From Epithemia pelagica (lineage: Eukaryota; Protista; Bacillariophyta): a stretch of 64,000 nt of DNA. Position numbers and translations under genes: made by a program. Numbering within the stretch: the stretch's first letter is position 1; the number at the start of each line of letters is the position of its first letter. The DNA is taken from the NCBI GenBank assembly GCA_946965045.2, contig OX337236.1:434001-498000 (forward strand), written 5' to 3'. Below the pieces are notes generated by a model. It did not search any database, was not told the DNA's origin, and saw only the letters and a program-made list of their open reading frames with translations. Below, one piece after another: positions 27,050 through 37,885 of this stretch.

Positions 27050-27661
27050 TTATAGTGTTTGTATTGACTTTGTGGTTGTAATATTCTGTGTGTCCGTGTG
27101 TGTGAATGCCGGCTCTGTGTGAGTAGTACTTGTACTCCTAAATGCGGGGTCGTTATAGGCAATCTTGGGTTTGGAAGCCTCCCCAAGTGAACGAAGGAGG
27201 GGTGTTTCGGGTGGATGGATCATGGATTCGTTAGTGGTCGTTGTCGTCTTGTTGGTGACCGATATCATGGACGCTTTGCTCGATACCGGTTCCTTCTCCA
27301 TTGGCTCCTTGGATGGTGGTTGTGGTTCGGCAGTTGTTGTTCCCTGCGCTCGTTTTGCGCCACGTATTGAACAAAAGTAATCAACTTGGAAAATCGTCCA
27401 CGGCACGTCCAAAATCCCCAACAAGGTGGAAAGGAGTGCGAGGGGAGCGGCATTCCACACAGAATCGGGTACCGCTTGTCACCAATCCACAACGGTGGCC
27501 AAAATCACGACCATCCATCCCGGTGTGCGTTCCCAAAGCCAACTTGTCACGGCTTCGACGGTCGATTCAATCGTATTGGCAATACTGGAATATTCATCGG
27601 CATTCACCAAACAGACGAGGACCAATTCGAAGAGAAAAGGATGGGAGACAACGTGGAGCAC
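27050..27661 (-). pseudogene. 3' fragment of an EF-hand membrane-protein paralog
   Basis: CLVNADEYSSIANTIE...WERTPGWMVVILA...WNAAPLALLSTLLGIL matches the C-half of 35678-37213. Internal stop, 5' half absent. Confidence 0.82.
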
Positions 27662-28065
27662 GAGTCACTACCTAGAGTGACCGAGAGTTCCAATCTCTGT
27701 CGTCATGGTAAATCCACGACCAACAAACAAATGTCGTTGCACTTGCCTTCTTTGCCAAGCAATGCGTAGAATTCCTTCTTGAAGAGTATGAAACACTTGG
27801 TCCGACAACTATGTATGTTGTGCGATGAATTCGAAACCTTGCTAGGACTGAGTGTCTGCGCTTCGGCAAAGAGAGAGCGAGAGAGCGTGCATTGAAGTAT
27901 CGGCGATCTGTCGACTCTGTCAACTTCTGACCCTCGTCATTGGATTGTGATTCTTGGTTCACACCTTCACACCCTCTCTTTGGGTCATCCTCCGTCGTCA
28001 TCAATCTCCTCTTGGAGATTCTACAATTTGTCACCATCGTTGGGCAGGCAGGCTCTTTTGAGGGT

Positions 28066-28100
28066 CCCCCCGGCGCAGCGCCGGCGCATCCTCGCCAATT
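28066..28100 (+). promoter_or_regulatory. GC-rich palindromic motif upstream of Kelch paralog 3
   Basis: CCGGCGC-A-GCGCCGG followed by cgcatcctcgccaatt. Confidence 0.5.
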
Positions 28101-28596
28101 GAATGCGCTCATTTTTTGCCGAAATAACGAAGACACAAGACACTGCTCTGTTTTCGTTCCCATGTGCGGTGTAATGAAAGGCAGTGATGAAGAAGAACGG
28201 CGAATGCTGGATCAAAAAGTTCAATTGGAAAGAATCTGAAATGCTCTCAACACGGAGCACCAGGTGCCCCACTCCACGCCAAAATTCAGATCCGGAAGAC
28301 CACAATGGCGGAGTAAGTACAGTACAGGCACCTCTGGTGCAGCCAAGCACGAGCACGACCAATGTGATGCCGCTCGTCCAACCGTCTTCTCGTATGCTCT
28401 CTCAGGTATGTGCTAAACACCAAACAACGAAAATTTTCTCGTGGGGACACACACGTGGCTTCGACACGATCGGTAGTTGGGTTTGACTCCTCACTTTCAC
28501 ATTCGGAGCGCGGTTTGTGTCGGGTCATCAATTTGACTCGGTCCACTTCTGGATGCCATAAAAATTACTCACGCGGTTTGGGAACCAAGAACACTA

Positions 28597-30969
28597 ATGT
28601 CACTGCACAAATTGGCACAGCAATCAGGGCTTGCTTTTGCCGACAGTAACGACAACAGCCGTCATCGTCCGCAATGGAATGCAAATGACTGGCCTCCCCT
28701 TTTGGGTGGATACCGTTGTGGGCATGCCTCGGTTGTGCTGGACAATCCCGAAAACGATTGTGCTCAGACTGTTGTAGTCCTGGGAGGACGCACAAAGTAT
28801 GCTTAATTCACCAATTCAACGCTGCGGTTGAATTTAAACGAGGAGAATATACAATGGCGGGAAGGACCACCGTTGAACCAACGCAGGCGTGGGCACACAG
28901 CTGTGGTGTGCAACGGAGGGGTTCATGCCATGGGAGGAAATGGAAGCGGTTTCAACGCGTTAAAATGTAGTGAACGCATTGATGTAGAAGACTTGTTGGA
29001 AGCGTCATCTGTGGCAAGCAGAAACAGGAACCAATGGACAACATTGAACTGTAGATTGTCTACATCACGACGGGGATGCTGCGCTGTTGCCATCTACAAT
29101 CGTTACATTGTTGTTATTGGTGGATTTAACCACAACAACTCCTATTTGTCGTCGGTTGATATCATTGATACAGCTATACAAAGCAACCACACCATTATTT
29201 CTGGACCATCCATGAAAGTTCCTCGAGGAGGGTGTGCAAGTGTTGTCATTGACCACCGCATCTTTGTTGTTGGAGGACACAATTCACCTAGTCCGCGGGT
29301 GGCAGCTACTGTGCTGGGATTGGTGGAGACATTGCAGTTTGAGAAAACATGTTATGATGAAACCAAGGAGACTGCTTGTACAGTGTTTCCCTCATCGGCT
29401 GCTTGGACGACTTGTACCGACCTGACCCTATCTACCACACGGTATCCTATTAACAAGGCTGTGGCAGTGGGATCATGCATCGTTGTTGGAGGAGGACGAT
29501 ACAACTTGGAGCTTCTCGATACTGAACGCAACATTGTGTGGAACCTTCCAATATTGACCACCGGCCGTAGTGGCTACAGCATGGTTGCCTTCAATAATGG
29601 CATTGCTGTGGTTGGTGGATGGAAGTTTGATTCATGCGAGACATGCGAGGTTTTGTCTTTAACCGTCAGATCGACGAGATATGACGATTCTTGTGTTTCA
29701 GAGAATGTCTTTTACAACAAACTTGTGGAAGTTGAATGTGACGATATTGTCTTTAAGGTCCACGACTTGGCACTTTTGGTCTCTGATGTTTATCAAATGA
29801 AAGTATTTTACATATTTTTGAACCACCTGTATCGTTCCAAACGCATATCGAAGGATGAGCGGCAACGATACACGATGAAAGCACTACAAGAGACATTCAA
29901 CACCATACAAAAGACTGGCCAGCAAGCCGCGACAATACACGAGAGGATTGTCGAAAAGTGTCGGCAGGATGGTATTCTTGTTTCTGGTGTTGACAACCAT
30001 GGAACGGATTCTGTGGCAGCAATTACAGATCCAATGTCTTCATTGCCCAACAAGCTTGCCATGACTGAATTCCGAGTGGGAAAAATCCTTCCCCATACAT
30101 CAACTCAGAGTGAAAGCATTGGCCATCGTGTTGTTCTTGCTCAGGCCCAAGCTTTGGGCAGATCCCTAAAGGATGTTGATGCGGCACTGGATGCCAATGA
30201 TGCGAATGGAGCATCCACTGGGGTAATTTGCTCGATTCTGAATGCCTTATCATTTGGACAAACTATCTTTCGAGATGCCTCGTGTGAAACTCTTGCGACT
30301 TGTGTTTTGGATGAGATTGTAGACTATGGAGACGTGAATCACATTTGTTTGGTTGTGTCTCAAAGTAGCAATGAGAAATTGCAAAATGCCGTTCAGCAAG
30401 GTATTGCCATTGTGGAAGGAGCAAAGTTGTCCTTGGATGCGACGAGAGAGCAAGACAAGGCTGGAATGAGTGTATTGGTGAGTGTGATGGGTCAATTAGC
30501 CAATGCAGTGACGAAATGGATTCGTAAAGTGACACCCATGGAAGCGGACGATTTGCCTGAAAATGCCGAGGCAATCAGCTTATTGGCATTGGTGGTGACG
30601 GCCAAAATGATACAAGCGGCGACGGAATCTGAGAGTTCCTCAGCCATGGCTCGGGAAATCGTCGAGAAGGATCCCCTGACGACTGCTTCATCTTGTTTGG
30701 CTGAAGCGGCGGGGGAAGGTCAAGCAACGTCGCAAGGCCAACGAATGAGTCGAATGGAAGCATCCATGGCGTCGCAATGTCATGCCTCTTTACGACTATC
30801 GGAACGAATAACACGGTTGGAAGAGTCCGTGTTGTCCCTCGTGAACGAACTCAAGGGCAAGAACAGTTTCGAGGAACGGAAACAAGTCCAGATGGAACCA
30901 TCTCTCGGAAACGCAAAACATCATGACTACCCGCCACGGAACAAGGAACGCCCACATTTTTGCTTGTGA
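28597..30969 (+). pseudogene. Kelch paralog 3, pseudogene
   Basis: MSLHKLAQQSG start. In-frame TAA at 28804-28806. Internal deletion near 29660 removes the intron and first coiled coil (VLSLT|VRSTR). Aberrant C-terminus. Confidence 0.8.
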
Positions 30970-31243
30970 TAGCGAAGCCAAATCTCTCTACTATAGACTC
31001 CTACTAGAAAAAATCGATAGGACCATCTGCTAGCAGAACACAAAGAAAAAGACTCGCTCGTCATGCCTCGTTTCGGACCAGAGTTCTACAAACCAAAACG
31101 ACTAAAAGTGCATGTCGCTGTAATTCATTCCGTTTATAGTGTTTGTAGAGTAGACTGTTGTTGTTATACGTGGTTGAGTTGCGCGTCCATGTGTGTGAAA
31201 TGCCGGCTCTATAGGAGTAGTAGTAGTCTTGTGGATTTTTGGA

Positions 31244-31455
31244 TTAGGCAATCTTGGGTATGGACGCCTCCCCCGGCGGCTGGTCCCAAGTACATGCCCA
31301 ATTTCAAATGAATCAACAACAAACCAGCATACAATTCCTTTTCATCGACACTGTTGGATCCATCCGTATCCACCATGTCAAAGGCCTTGTCACACAAATC
31401 GCGAAATCGCGCATTCTGGGTCCACTACGATGACGAGGACGAGGAATTCGGTGTC
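31244..31455 (-). pseudogene. Internally deleted EF-hand gene fragment
   Basis: CDKAFDMVDTDGSNSVDEKELYAGLLLIHLKLGMYLGPAA matches 35678-37213 and is fused directly to the last codons of the gene. Confidence 0.8.
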
Positions 31456-31627
31456 CGTGTCATTGGACGCAATATGCAATACGAATGAGTGTTTCATCAG
31501 TCGCTTGTGATTCTTGGTTCGCTCCCTCTCTTTCTTGGGTCACTTACTTTGTGGAAGCCACAATGTGATTGATGATGGTAATGTTATTTTGTGTGCATCG
31601 TTGGGCCAGGCAGTCTCTTACATGGCT

Positions 31628-31662
31628 CCCCCCGGCGCTGCGCCGGCGCATCCTCGCCAATT
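31628..31662 (+). promoter_or_regulatory. GC-rich palindromic motif upstream of Kelch paralog 4
   Basis: CCGGCGC-T-GCGCCGG followed by cgcatcctcgccaatt. Confidence 0.5.
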
Positions 31663-32233
31663 TCAAGATCCCTCATTTTTTGCCTTTTCTAATCCTACCA
31701 TCACAATCAAACAAACATGAGCGAAAGGTATGAGAGATGCGAGGAACGAAACGAAGACACTCTGGTTTCGTTCCGATATGCGGCACGAGAACCCAGTTGA
31801 AAAAGTCAGCTGGATAAAAACGAAAGATTTGGAAAGAATCCGAAATGCCCAGGAGGTGCCACTCCACGACAGATCCGCTAAAAAAGCGCAATGGTGGAGT
31901 AACTACAGTACAGGCACCTCTGGTGGAGCAAGCAATGAGCACGGCCAATTTGATGCCGCTCTTCCACCCGTCTTTTCAGGTATATTATGTTACGGGTGCT
32001 AAAATCACACACAACGAAAATTCTTTGGCTACTTCCCACACATTATCGTGGAGTCAAACACGTGGCTTTGAAACGATCGGTTCTTCTGAGTTGATTGACG
32101 TTGACTTCTCACTTTGACATTCGGAGTGCCGTACGTCGTGGAAGGGGGTCGGGTTTTGAGGAGAACCACGGTCCACTCCTCGTTGTTGGTCGCCATAAAA
32201 ACCATCCACAAAGTTTTGTACGGCCATCGAACC

Positions 32234-35209
32234 ATGACAGAATTGCATGAATTGGCAAGGCAGTCAGGGCTTGCTTTTGCTGACAGTGACGACAACAGCA
32301 GTCATACTCCACAATGGAATGCAAATGACTGGCCTCCCCTTTTGGGTGGATGGCGTTGTGGGCATGCCACGGTTGTGCTGGACCATCCCCAAGACGATTG
32401 TGCTCAGACTGTCGTAGTTCTGGGAGGACATACAAATTGTGCTCGATGCACCAGTTCAATTCTGCAGTTGAATTTAAACGAGGAGAACATGGAGTGGCGC
32501 GAAGGACCACCGTTGAACGAAAGCAGGTGTGGACATGCAGCTGTGGTCTGCAACGGAGGGGTTTATGCCATTGGAGGAACTGGAATCGGCGGTTACGCCC
32601 ACCCTTTAAAACGCACTCGTGACGCCGTCCGTTTAGATTGCATTGAACGCATTGATGTTGAAGATTTGTTGGAAGCATCATCTGTGGCAAGAGGAAACTG
32701 GAACCAATGGATAACATTGAATTGTAGATTGTCTACATCACGAGTGGGTTGCTGCGCTGTTGCCGTCTACAATCGCTACATTGTTGTTATCGGTGGATCC
32801 GACGACGAAAACGCCTATTTGTCGTCGGTTGATATCATTGATACAGCTATACAAAGCAACCACACCATAATTTCTGGACCATCCATGACAGTTCCTCGAA
32901 CATGCTGTGCAAGTGTTGTCATTGACCACTGCATCTTTGTTGTTGACGGAAACAATTCAACTGATGAGCTGGCATCGGTGGAGTCATTGAAGTTTGAGGA
33001 AAGAAGTCATGATGAAACCAATGAGACTGCTTGCACAGTGTTTCCCTCTTCGGCGGCTTGGACAACTTGTACCGACCAAACCCTATCTAGTAATGTGGCT
33101 GTGGTTGTGGGATCATGTATCATTGGTGGAGCATCTAACAGATACATGCTGGAGCTTTTTGATACTGAAAGCAACATTGTTTGGAACCTTCCACCATTGA
33201 ACACTTACCGTCAAGGCTATAGAATGGTTGCCTTCAATACTGGCATTGCTGTGATTGGCGGATGGAACTTGGATTCATGCGAGACTTTGCCGTTGTCCCT
33301 CAGCGAGAAAGAACGAGTTAAGGTACGCTTTGTTGCATATTGTACTCTAGAAAGTTTGGCACTGTCTGACATCATACGCTGTTTCTATAATTTCCAGAAA
33401 TTGTATTCGTGTCGGGAAGAAATAGATACGGAGATGAAAAATCTACAGAATGTCATTGATCGTGCCCAGATCGAACGTACCGATATAACAGTACTGCAGG
33501 AAGGTGCCAAGGCGCAGGAGCTGTATTCAATTTTACAATCACTTTGTACCGACGAGAAATATCGCTCGATAGAACATATACAAGATGAAATCAACTCGAT
33601 CACTAGTCAGCTTGACCGGATGAATGTCATAAGAGACAAAATCCCACTCGTTGAGAAACTCAAGAAGCTGGAATCACAACTTGAACTGAGACAGTTGACC
33701 CAGAATGACAGGAAGCTTCCTGGTCACCCGGTCAGATCGACGAGACACATGGATTCTTGTGTTTCAGATGATGCCTTCTACAGGAAACTTGTGGAAGTTG
33801 ATTGTGACGATATTGTCTTTAAGGTCCACGACTTGGCCCTTCTGGTTTGTGACGTTCACCAAATGAAAGCATTTTACATATTTTTGAGTCACCTCTACCG
33901 TTCCAAACGCATATCAAAGGATGATCGGCAACGATATACGAAGAAGGCACTACAACAGACATTCAAGAGCATAGATAAAATTGACCAGCAAGCCGTGGCA
34001 ATGCGAAAGAAGATTGTCGACAAGTGTCGTCAGGATGGTGTCCTTGTTTCTGGCATTGACAACCATCAAACAGATTCTGTCGCAGCAATTACAGATTCAA
34101 TGTCTGCATTGCCAAACAAGCTTGCCATGACTGAATTCCGAGTGGGAGAAATCCTCCCTCTAACGTATTCTCAATCGCCAGAAACCACCAATACAGAGAG
34201 TGATAGCATCGGTCACCGTGTTGTTCTTTCTCAGGCCCAAGCTTTGGGCAGATCCCTGAAGGATGTTTATGCGGCACTGGATGCCAAGGATGAGAATGGA
34301 GCATCCACTGGGGCAATTTGCTCAGTTCTGAATGCCTTGTCATTCGGACAAACTATTTTTCGACATGTTTCGTCTGAAACCCTTGCGACTTGTGTTTTGG
34401 ATGAGATTGTAGACTTTGGAGACGTGAATCATATTTGTTCGGTTGTGTATCAATGTGGCAAAGAAAAATTGCAACATGCCTTTCAGCAAGGTATTGCTAT
34501 TGTGGAAAGAGCAGAGGATGAGGCAGCGAGAGAGCAAGACAAGGTTGGAATGAGTATATTGGTGAGTGTGATGGGTCATTTAGCCAATGCAGTAACGAAT
34601 TGGATTCGTGAAGTGAAGCCCATGGAAGCACACGATATGCCTGAGAATGCGGAGGCAATCAGCTTACTGGCTTTGGTGGTCACGGCTAAAGTAATACAAG
34701 CGGTGACTGAGGAATCTCTGGAAGTTGAACAGGATGCGCCGAGTCAGGACAAGGGTGACGATGGTGAACAGATTATCCCGAGTCATGACAAGGTTGGCAG
34801 TGCACATGCCTCGAAAAGGACGAAGAGAAAGGGCGCATTGAGTTTTCCGAGTGGAGAAGGTTCGTCGGCCATTGTTACGGAAATCGTCGAGAAGGGTCCC
34901 CTGACGATTTTTTTATCTCGTTTGGTTGAAACGACGGTGGAAGGTGCGACAGCGGTAGTCCAACCAATGACTCGAATGGAAGAATCCATGGAGTCGCTCT
35001 GTCGTGCCTCTTCACTACTATCCGAACGAATGACTCGATTGGAAGAGTCCATGTCATCCCTCATGGACAAACTCAAGGGCAAGAATAGTTCCGATGAACG
35101 GACGCAAGCCCAGATGGAACAATTGGAGCGGCGTCTGTGTCAATTGGAAGAATCTCAGGGAGATGCAGAACATGTGACTGCCCGCCATGGATTGCGCATT
35201 ATTCTGTAG
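32234..35209 (+). CDS. Kelch-repeat/coiled-coil protein, paralog 4 (likely intron 33323-33397)
   Basis: ATG of MTELHELARQSG at 32234. Same architecture as the other paralogs. GTACG...TTCCAG 75-nt segment. Confidence 0.85.
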   Translation: MTELHELARQSGLAFADSDDNSSHTPQWNANDWPPLLGGWRCGHATVVLDHPQDDCAQTVVVLGGHTNCARCTSSILQLNLNEENMEWREGPPLNESRCGHAAVVCNGGVYAIGGTGIGGYAHPLKRTRDAVRLDCIERIDVEDLLEASSVARGNWNQWITLNCRLSTSRVGCCAVAVYNRYIVVIGGSDDENAYLSSVDIIDTAIQSNHTIISGPSMTVPRTCCASVVIDHCIFVVDGNNSTDELASVESLKFEERSHDETNETACTVFPSSAAWTTCTDQTLSSNVAVVVGSCIIGGASNRYMLELFDTESNIVWNLPPLNTYRQGYRMVAFNTGIAVIGGWNLDSCETLPLSLSEKERVKVRFVAYCTLESLALSDIIRCFYNFQKLYSCREEIDTEMKNLQNVIDRAQIERTDITVLQEGAKAQELYSILQSLCTDEKYRSIEHIQDEINSITSQLDRMNVIRDKIPLVEKLKKLESQLELRQLTQNDRKLPGHPVRSTRHMDSCVSDDAFYRKLVEVDCDDIVFKVHDLALLVCDVHQMKAFYIFLSHLYRSKRISKDDRQRYTKKALQQTFKSIDKIDQQAVAMRKKIVDKCRQDGVLVSGIDNHQTDSVAAITDSMSALPNKLAMTEFRVGEILPLTYSQSPETTNTESDSIGHRVVLSQAQALGRSLKDVYAALDAKDENGASTGAICSVLNALSFGQTIFRHVSSETLATCVLDEIVDFGDVNHICSVVYQCGKEKLQHAFQQGIAIVERAEDEAAREQDKVGMSILVSVMGHLANAVTNWIREVKPMEAHDMPENAEAISLLALVVTAKVIQAVTEESLEVEQDAPSQDKGDDGEQIIPSHDKVGSAHASKRTKRKGALSFPSGEGSSAIVTEIVEKGPLTIFLSRLVETTVEGATAVVQPMTRMEESMESLCRASSLLSERMTRLEESMSSLMDKLKGKNSSDERTQAQMEQLERRLCQLEESQGDAEHVTARHGLRIIL

Positions 35210-35549
35210 ATGGAAAAGAGCCCTCTACCCCTAGAGAAAACGATTCATACTCGTTTCGCTAGTGTTTCAGTCACTGTATGGTTCTTTGTGACACTATCTG
35301 TTTCCCGGTTGTCGGGATACGGATTGTTGTGGTGGAGAATATATTATAATACCAGAAACAACGCAGTACTTATGGACATTTGCCGTTTCCTCGTCTCACT
35401 CTCGCTCTTGTGATGCTCGCATGGCTGGGACGTTTGGCGGCAATCCCGTGGACCGAAATGGGTAGAACCATGGCAGAACCAGACTCGCAGGATCGTCAAG
35501 AACGACTACTATTATTACATGTCGTGGTGATTCATTCCGTTTATATAGT

Positions 35550-35605
35550 GTTTGTATAGTAGACTGTTCTTGTAGTTGTTTGTATAGTAGACTGTTCTTG
35601 TAGTA
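35550..35605. repeat. 28-bp tandem duplication
   Basis: gtttgtatagtagactgttcttgtagt(t/a) twice, in the 3' flank of the EF-hand gene. Confidence 0.8.
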
Positions 35606-35677
35606 ATGCGTCCTCCGTGTGCGTGAAATGCCGGCTCTATGTGAGTAGTACTTGTAGTAGTCTTGTGGATTTTTGGA

Positions 35678-37213
35678 TTAGGCAATCTTGGATTTGGAAG
35701 CCTCCCCCGGCGAACGAAGAAGGGGTGTTTCGGGTGGATGGACCATGGAGTCGTTCATTGTGGTCGTTTTGGTGGCCGATTTCATGGGTGTTTTGCTCGC
35801 CATGGAAGATGATACGTGCTCGTCCGCCATGGATGGCTTCTTGGAGGGTGGTTGTATTTCGGCCGTTGTCGTTGTTCCCTGCGCTCGTTGCGCGACATAT
35901 TGAAAAAAGTCATCGACTTGGAAAATGACAAAGGGCACGACCAAGATTCCCAACAAGGTCGAAAGAAGTGCGAGAGGAGCCGCATTCCAGACGGAATCGG
36001 GCACGGCTTGCCACCAATCCACAACGGCCGCCAAAATGACGACCATCCATCCCGGCGTGCGTTCCCACACCCACGTGCCCACGGCTTCGACCGTCAATTC
36101 AATCGTATTGGCAATGCTGGAATATTCATCGGCATTGACCAAACAGACATAGAGGAATTCGACCGTTTGATAAAAGCCTTGCAAGACTTGATTGGCCACG
36201 AGCGGTACCAAACAAATGGTCAAACTCCATTGAATCAAGACACGCAGCAAGACATTGGAAAAGAGAACCATCATGACGGATTGGAATTCGTGTCGATTCA
36301 AGGCCCCATTGCCATCCACATCAAACTGTGTAAAGACCGCGTCGGATCGTTCTCGACCAATGGGACGACAAGCGGCTGGTCCCACGTACATGCCCAATTT
36401 CAAATGAATCAACAACAAACCCGCATACAATTCCTTTTCATCAACACTGTTGGATCCATCCGTATCCACCATGTCAAAGGCCTTGTCACACAAATCGCGA
36501 AATCGCGCATTCTGCGTCCACCACGATGATGATGAAGAGGAGGAATTCGTCGGTGGACTCTTGTTCTGGACGACTGTCCTTGTCGTAGTGGAAGTGGGAG
36601 GAGGAGCATACTGACTAGACGTAGTCGTTGGTTGGGATGCGCGTGTGGTGGTGGGAGCATCGGTGCCCACGGGTGGCAATTCCTTTTCAAAGGCCAAGGC
36701 CGCCGCCACTTGATGCGCATTCGTATTATTGGTAGTGTTGTTGTGGGAAGGATGGGCCGCAGTATTGGCATGGCTGTTGGTGGTGGATGTGGGGGAAACC
36801 GCATCACCATTGGGTTGTTGCAACAAGGAGGACGACGGTGGTGCTGGTACTTGTGGTGGTACTTGTTGATTGGCATCGTAGGAATCAAACAATTTGACGG
36901 GTGACGTTGTCATGGTGGACATGGACATGGGAGACGACAAGAGGGGTGTCGTTCCATTGGTGGTGGTGGGTGGACAATTGGTAGCATTTCTCGTGGTCGT
37001 CGTGGTTAGAGTCACTTTGGGCGAGGGAAATTTGAACAAGCGGCGCAAATCAAAGGGATTTTTGCGAGACCGAGGCGTTTCCGAACTCACACTGGCGGCA
37101 TCGCTGCTACCGCCGCCATTGCGAGGAGGAGGAGGTGACGTCAAGGTGGCATTGGCGGTCGTGGTGGTGGTATTGGCCTGGTGTGGACTGTTGCGAAGCA
37201 TGGTAGCCGCCAT
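35678..37213 (-). CDS. EF-hand Ca2+-binding membrane protein with long low-complexity N-terminus
   Basis: EF loops DTDGSNSVDEKE and DVDGNGALNRHE, followed by hydrophobic segments. Confidence 0.85.
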   Translation of the reverse strand: MAATMLRNSPHQANTTTTTANATLTSPPPPRNGGGSSDAASVSSETPRSRKNPFDLRRLFKFPSPKVTLTTTTTRNATNCPPTTTNGTTPLLSSPMSMSTMTTSPVKLFDSYDANQQVPPQVPAPPSSSLLQQPNGDAVSPTSTTNSHANTAAHPSHNNTTNNTNAHQVAAALAFEKELPPVGTDAPTTTRASQPTTTSSQYAPPPTSTTTRTVVQNKSPPTNSSSSSSSWWTQNARFRDLCDKAFDMVDTDGSNSVDEKELYAGLLLIHLKLGMYVGPAACRPIGRERSDAVFTQFDVDGNGALNRHEFQSVMMVLFSNVLLRVLIQWSLTICLVPLVANQVLQGFYQTVEFLYVCLVNADEYSSIANTIELTVEAVGTWVWERTPGWMVVILAAVVDWWQAVPDSVWNAAPLALLSTLLGILVVPFVIFQVDDFFQYVAQRAQGTTTTAEIQPPSKKPSMADEHVSSSMASKTPMKSATKTTTMNDSMVHPPETPLLRSPGEASKSKIA

Positions 37214-37497
37214 GGTCGTAGTAGTATTGTGGGTGTGTGTTGAAGGGATTACGAAAGGAACACCAATCCAAAATGAAAAAGACTCGATTCCACAAAGACC
37301 GGGGTGCAGTGCTTGTATTCAACAAGAGTCTTTTGGACAAGGAAGAATGTGCCTTTGGTTGTTTTGTCGTTGTTTGGGGTGTGCTGCTGTGGTGGTTTTG
37401 TTGGAAGGAACAAAAATAAATGGGTCGATATCTTTTTTACTATATACACTTTGTGTACTTTCCGAACGGATTTGAAAAATCTTGTCCAGCTGTTCAC

Positions 37498-37560
37498 CTC
37501 TGCGGGCGCGCGCAGCCGGCGGCCCGAATTTTCGCGCGCGCGCGACTCGGTCGCGTTTCC
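37498..37560. promoter_or_regulatory. GC/CpG-rich core of the divergent EF-hand/HECT intergenic region
   Basis: gcgggcgcgcgcagccggcggcccgaattttcgcgcgcgcgcgac lies between divergently oriented genes and contains an E2F-like TTTTCGCG. Confidence 0.35.
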
Positions 37561-37885
37561 AAGTCGCTCCTGACTCAGTCAGTCCCGGACCACACCGTGA
37601 TGTGCACCGCTCTTCCTTTCTTTGGCGTGCGGTTTTCGATCCGGTTCCTCGTCGCTTTCTTATCGTCGTCGTTGTCGTCATTCTCTCCGTGTCTCCACAA
37701 AGCGATACTAGGTAGAGAACCAATACCATTGAATGCATTGTCTCTCGCTCGGTTCCATCCTTTCCGTCTGATTGAAGCCAAGAAGAGCATTCATCATTGA
37801 TTCACCGCCAACCCTGAATTCTGGCATTTGCCTGTTTGTTGTGCGGCCGCACGAAAACTACTACTACTAAAACAACCACACGATC

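Noticed and set aside
27680-27940. Coding-like stretch (..FAKQCVEFLLEEYETLG..) between the EF-hand fragment and the Kelch 3 upstream module
   Set aside because: Too short and interrupted to assign.
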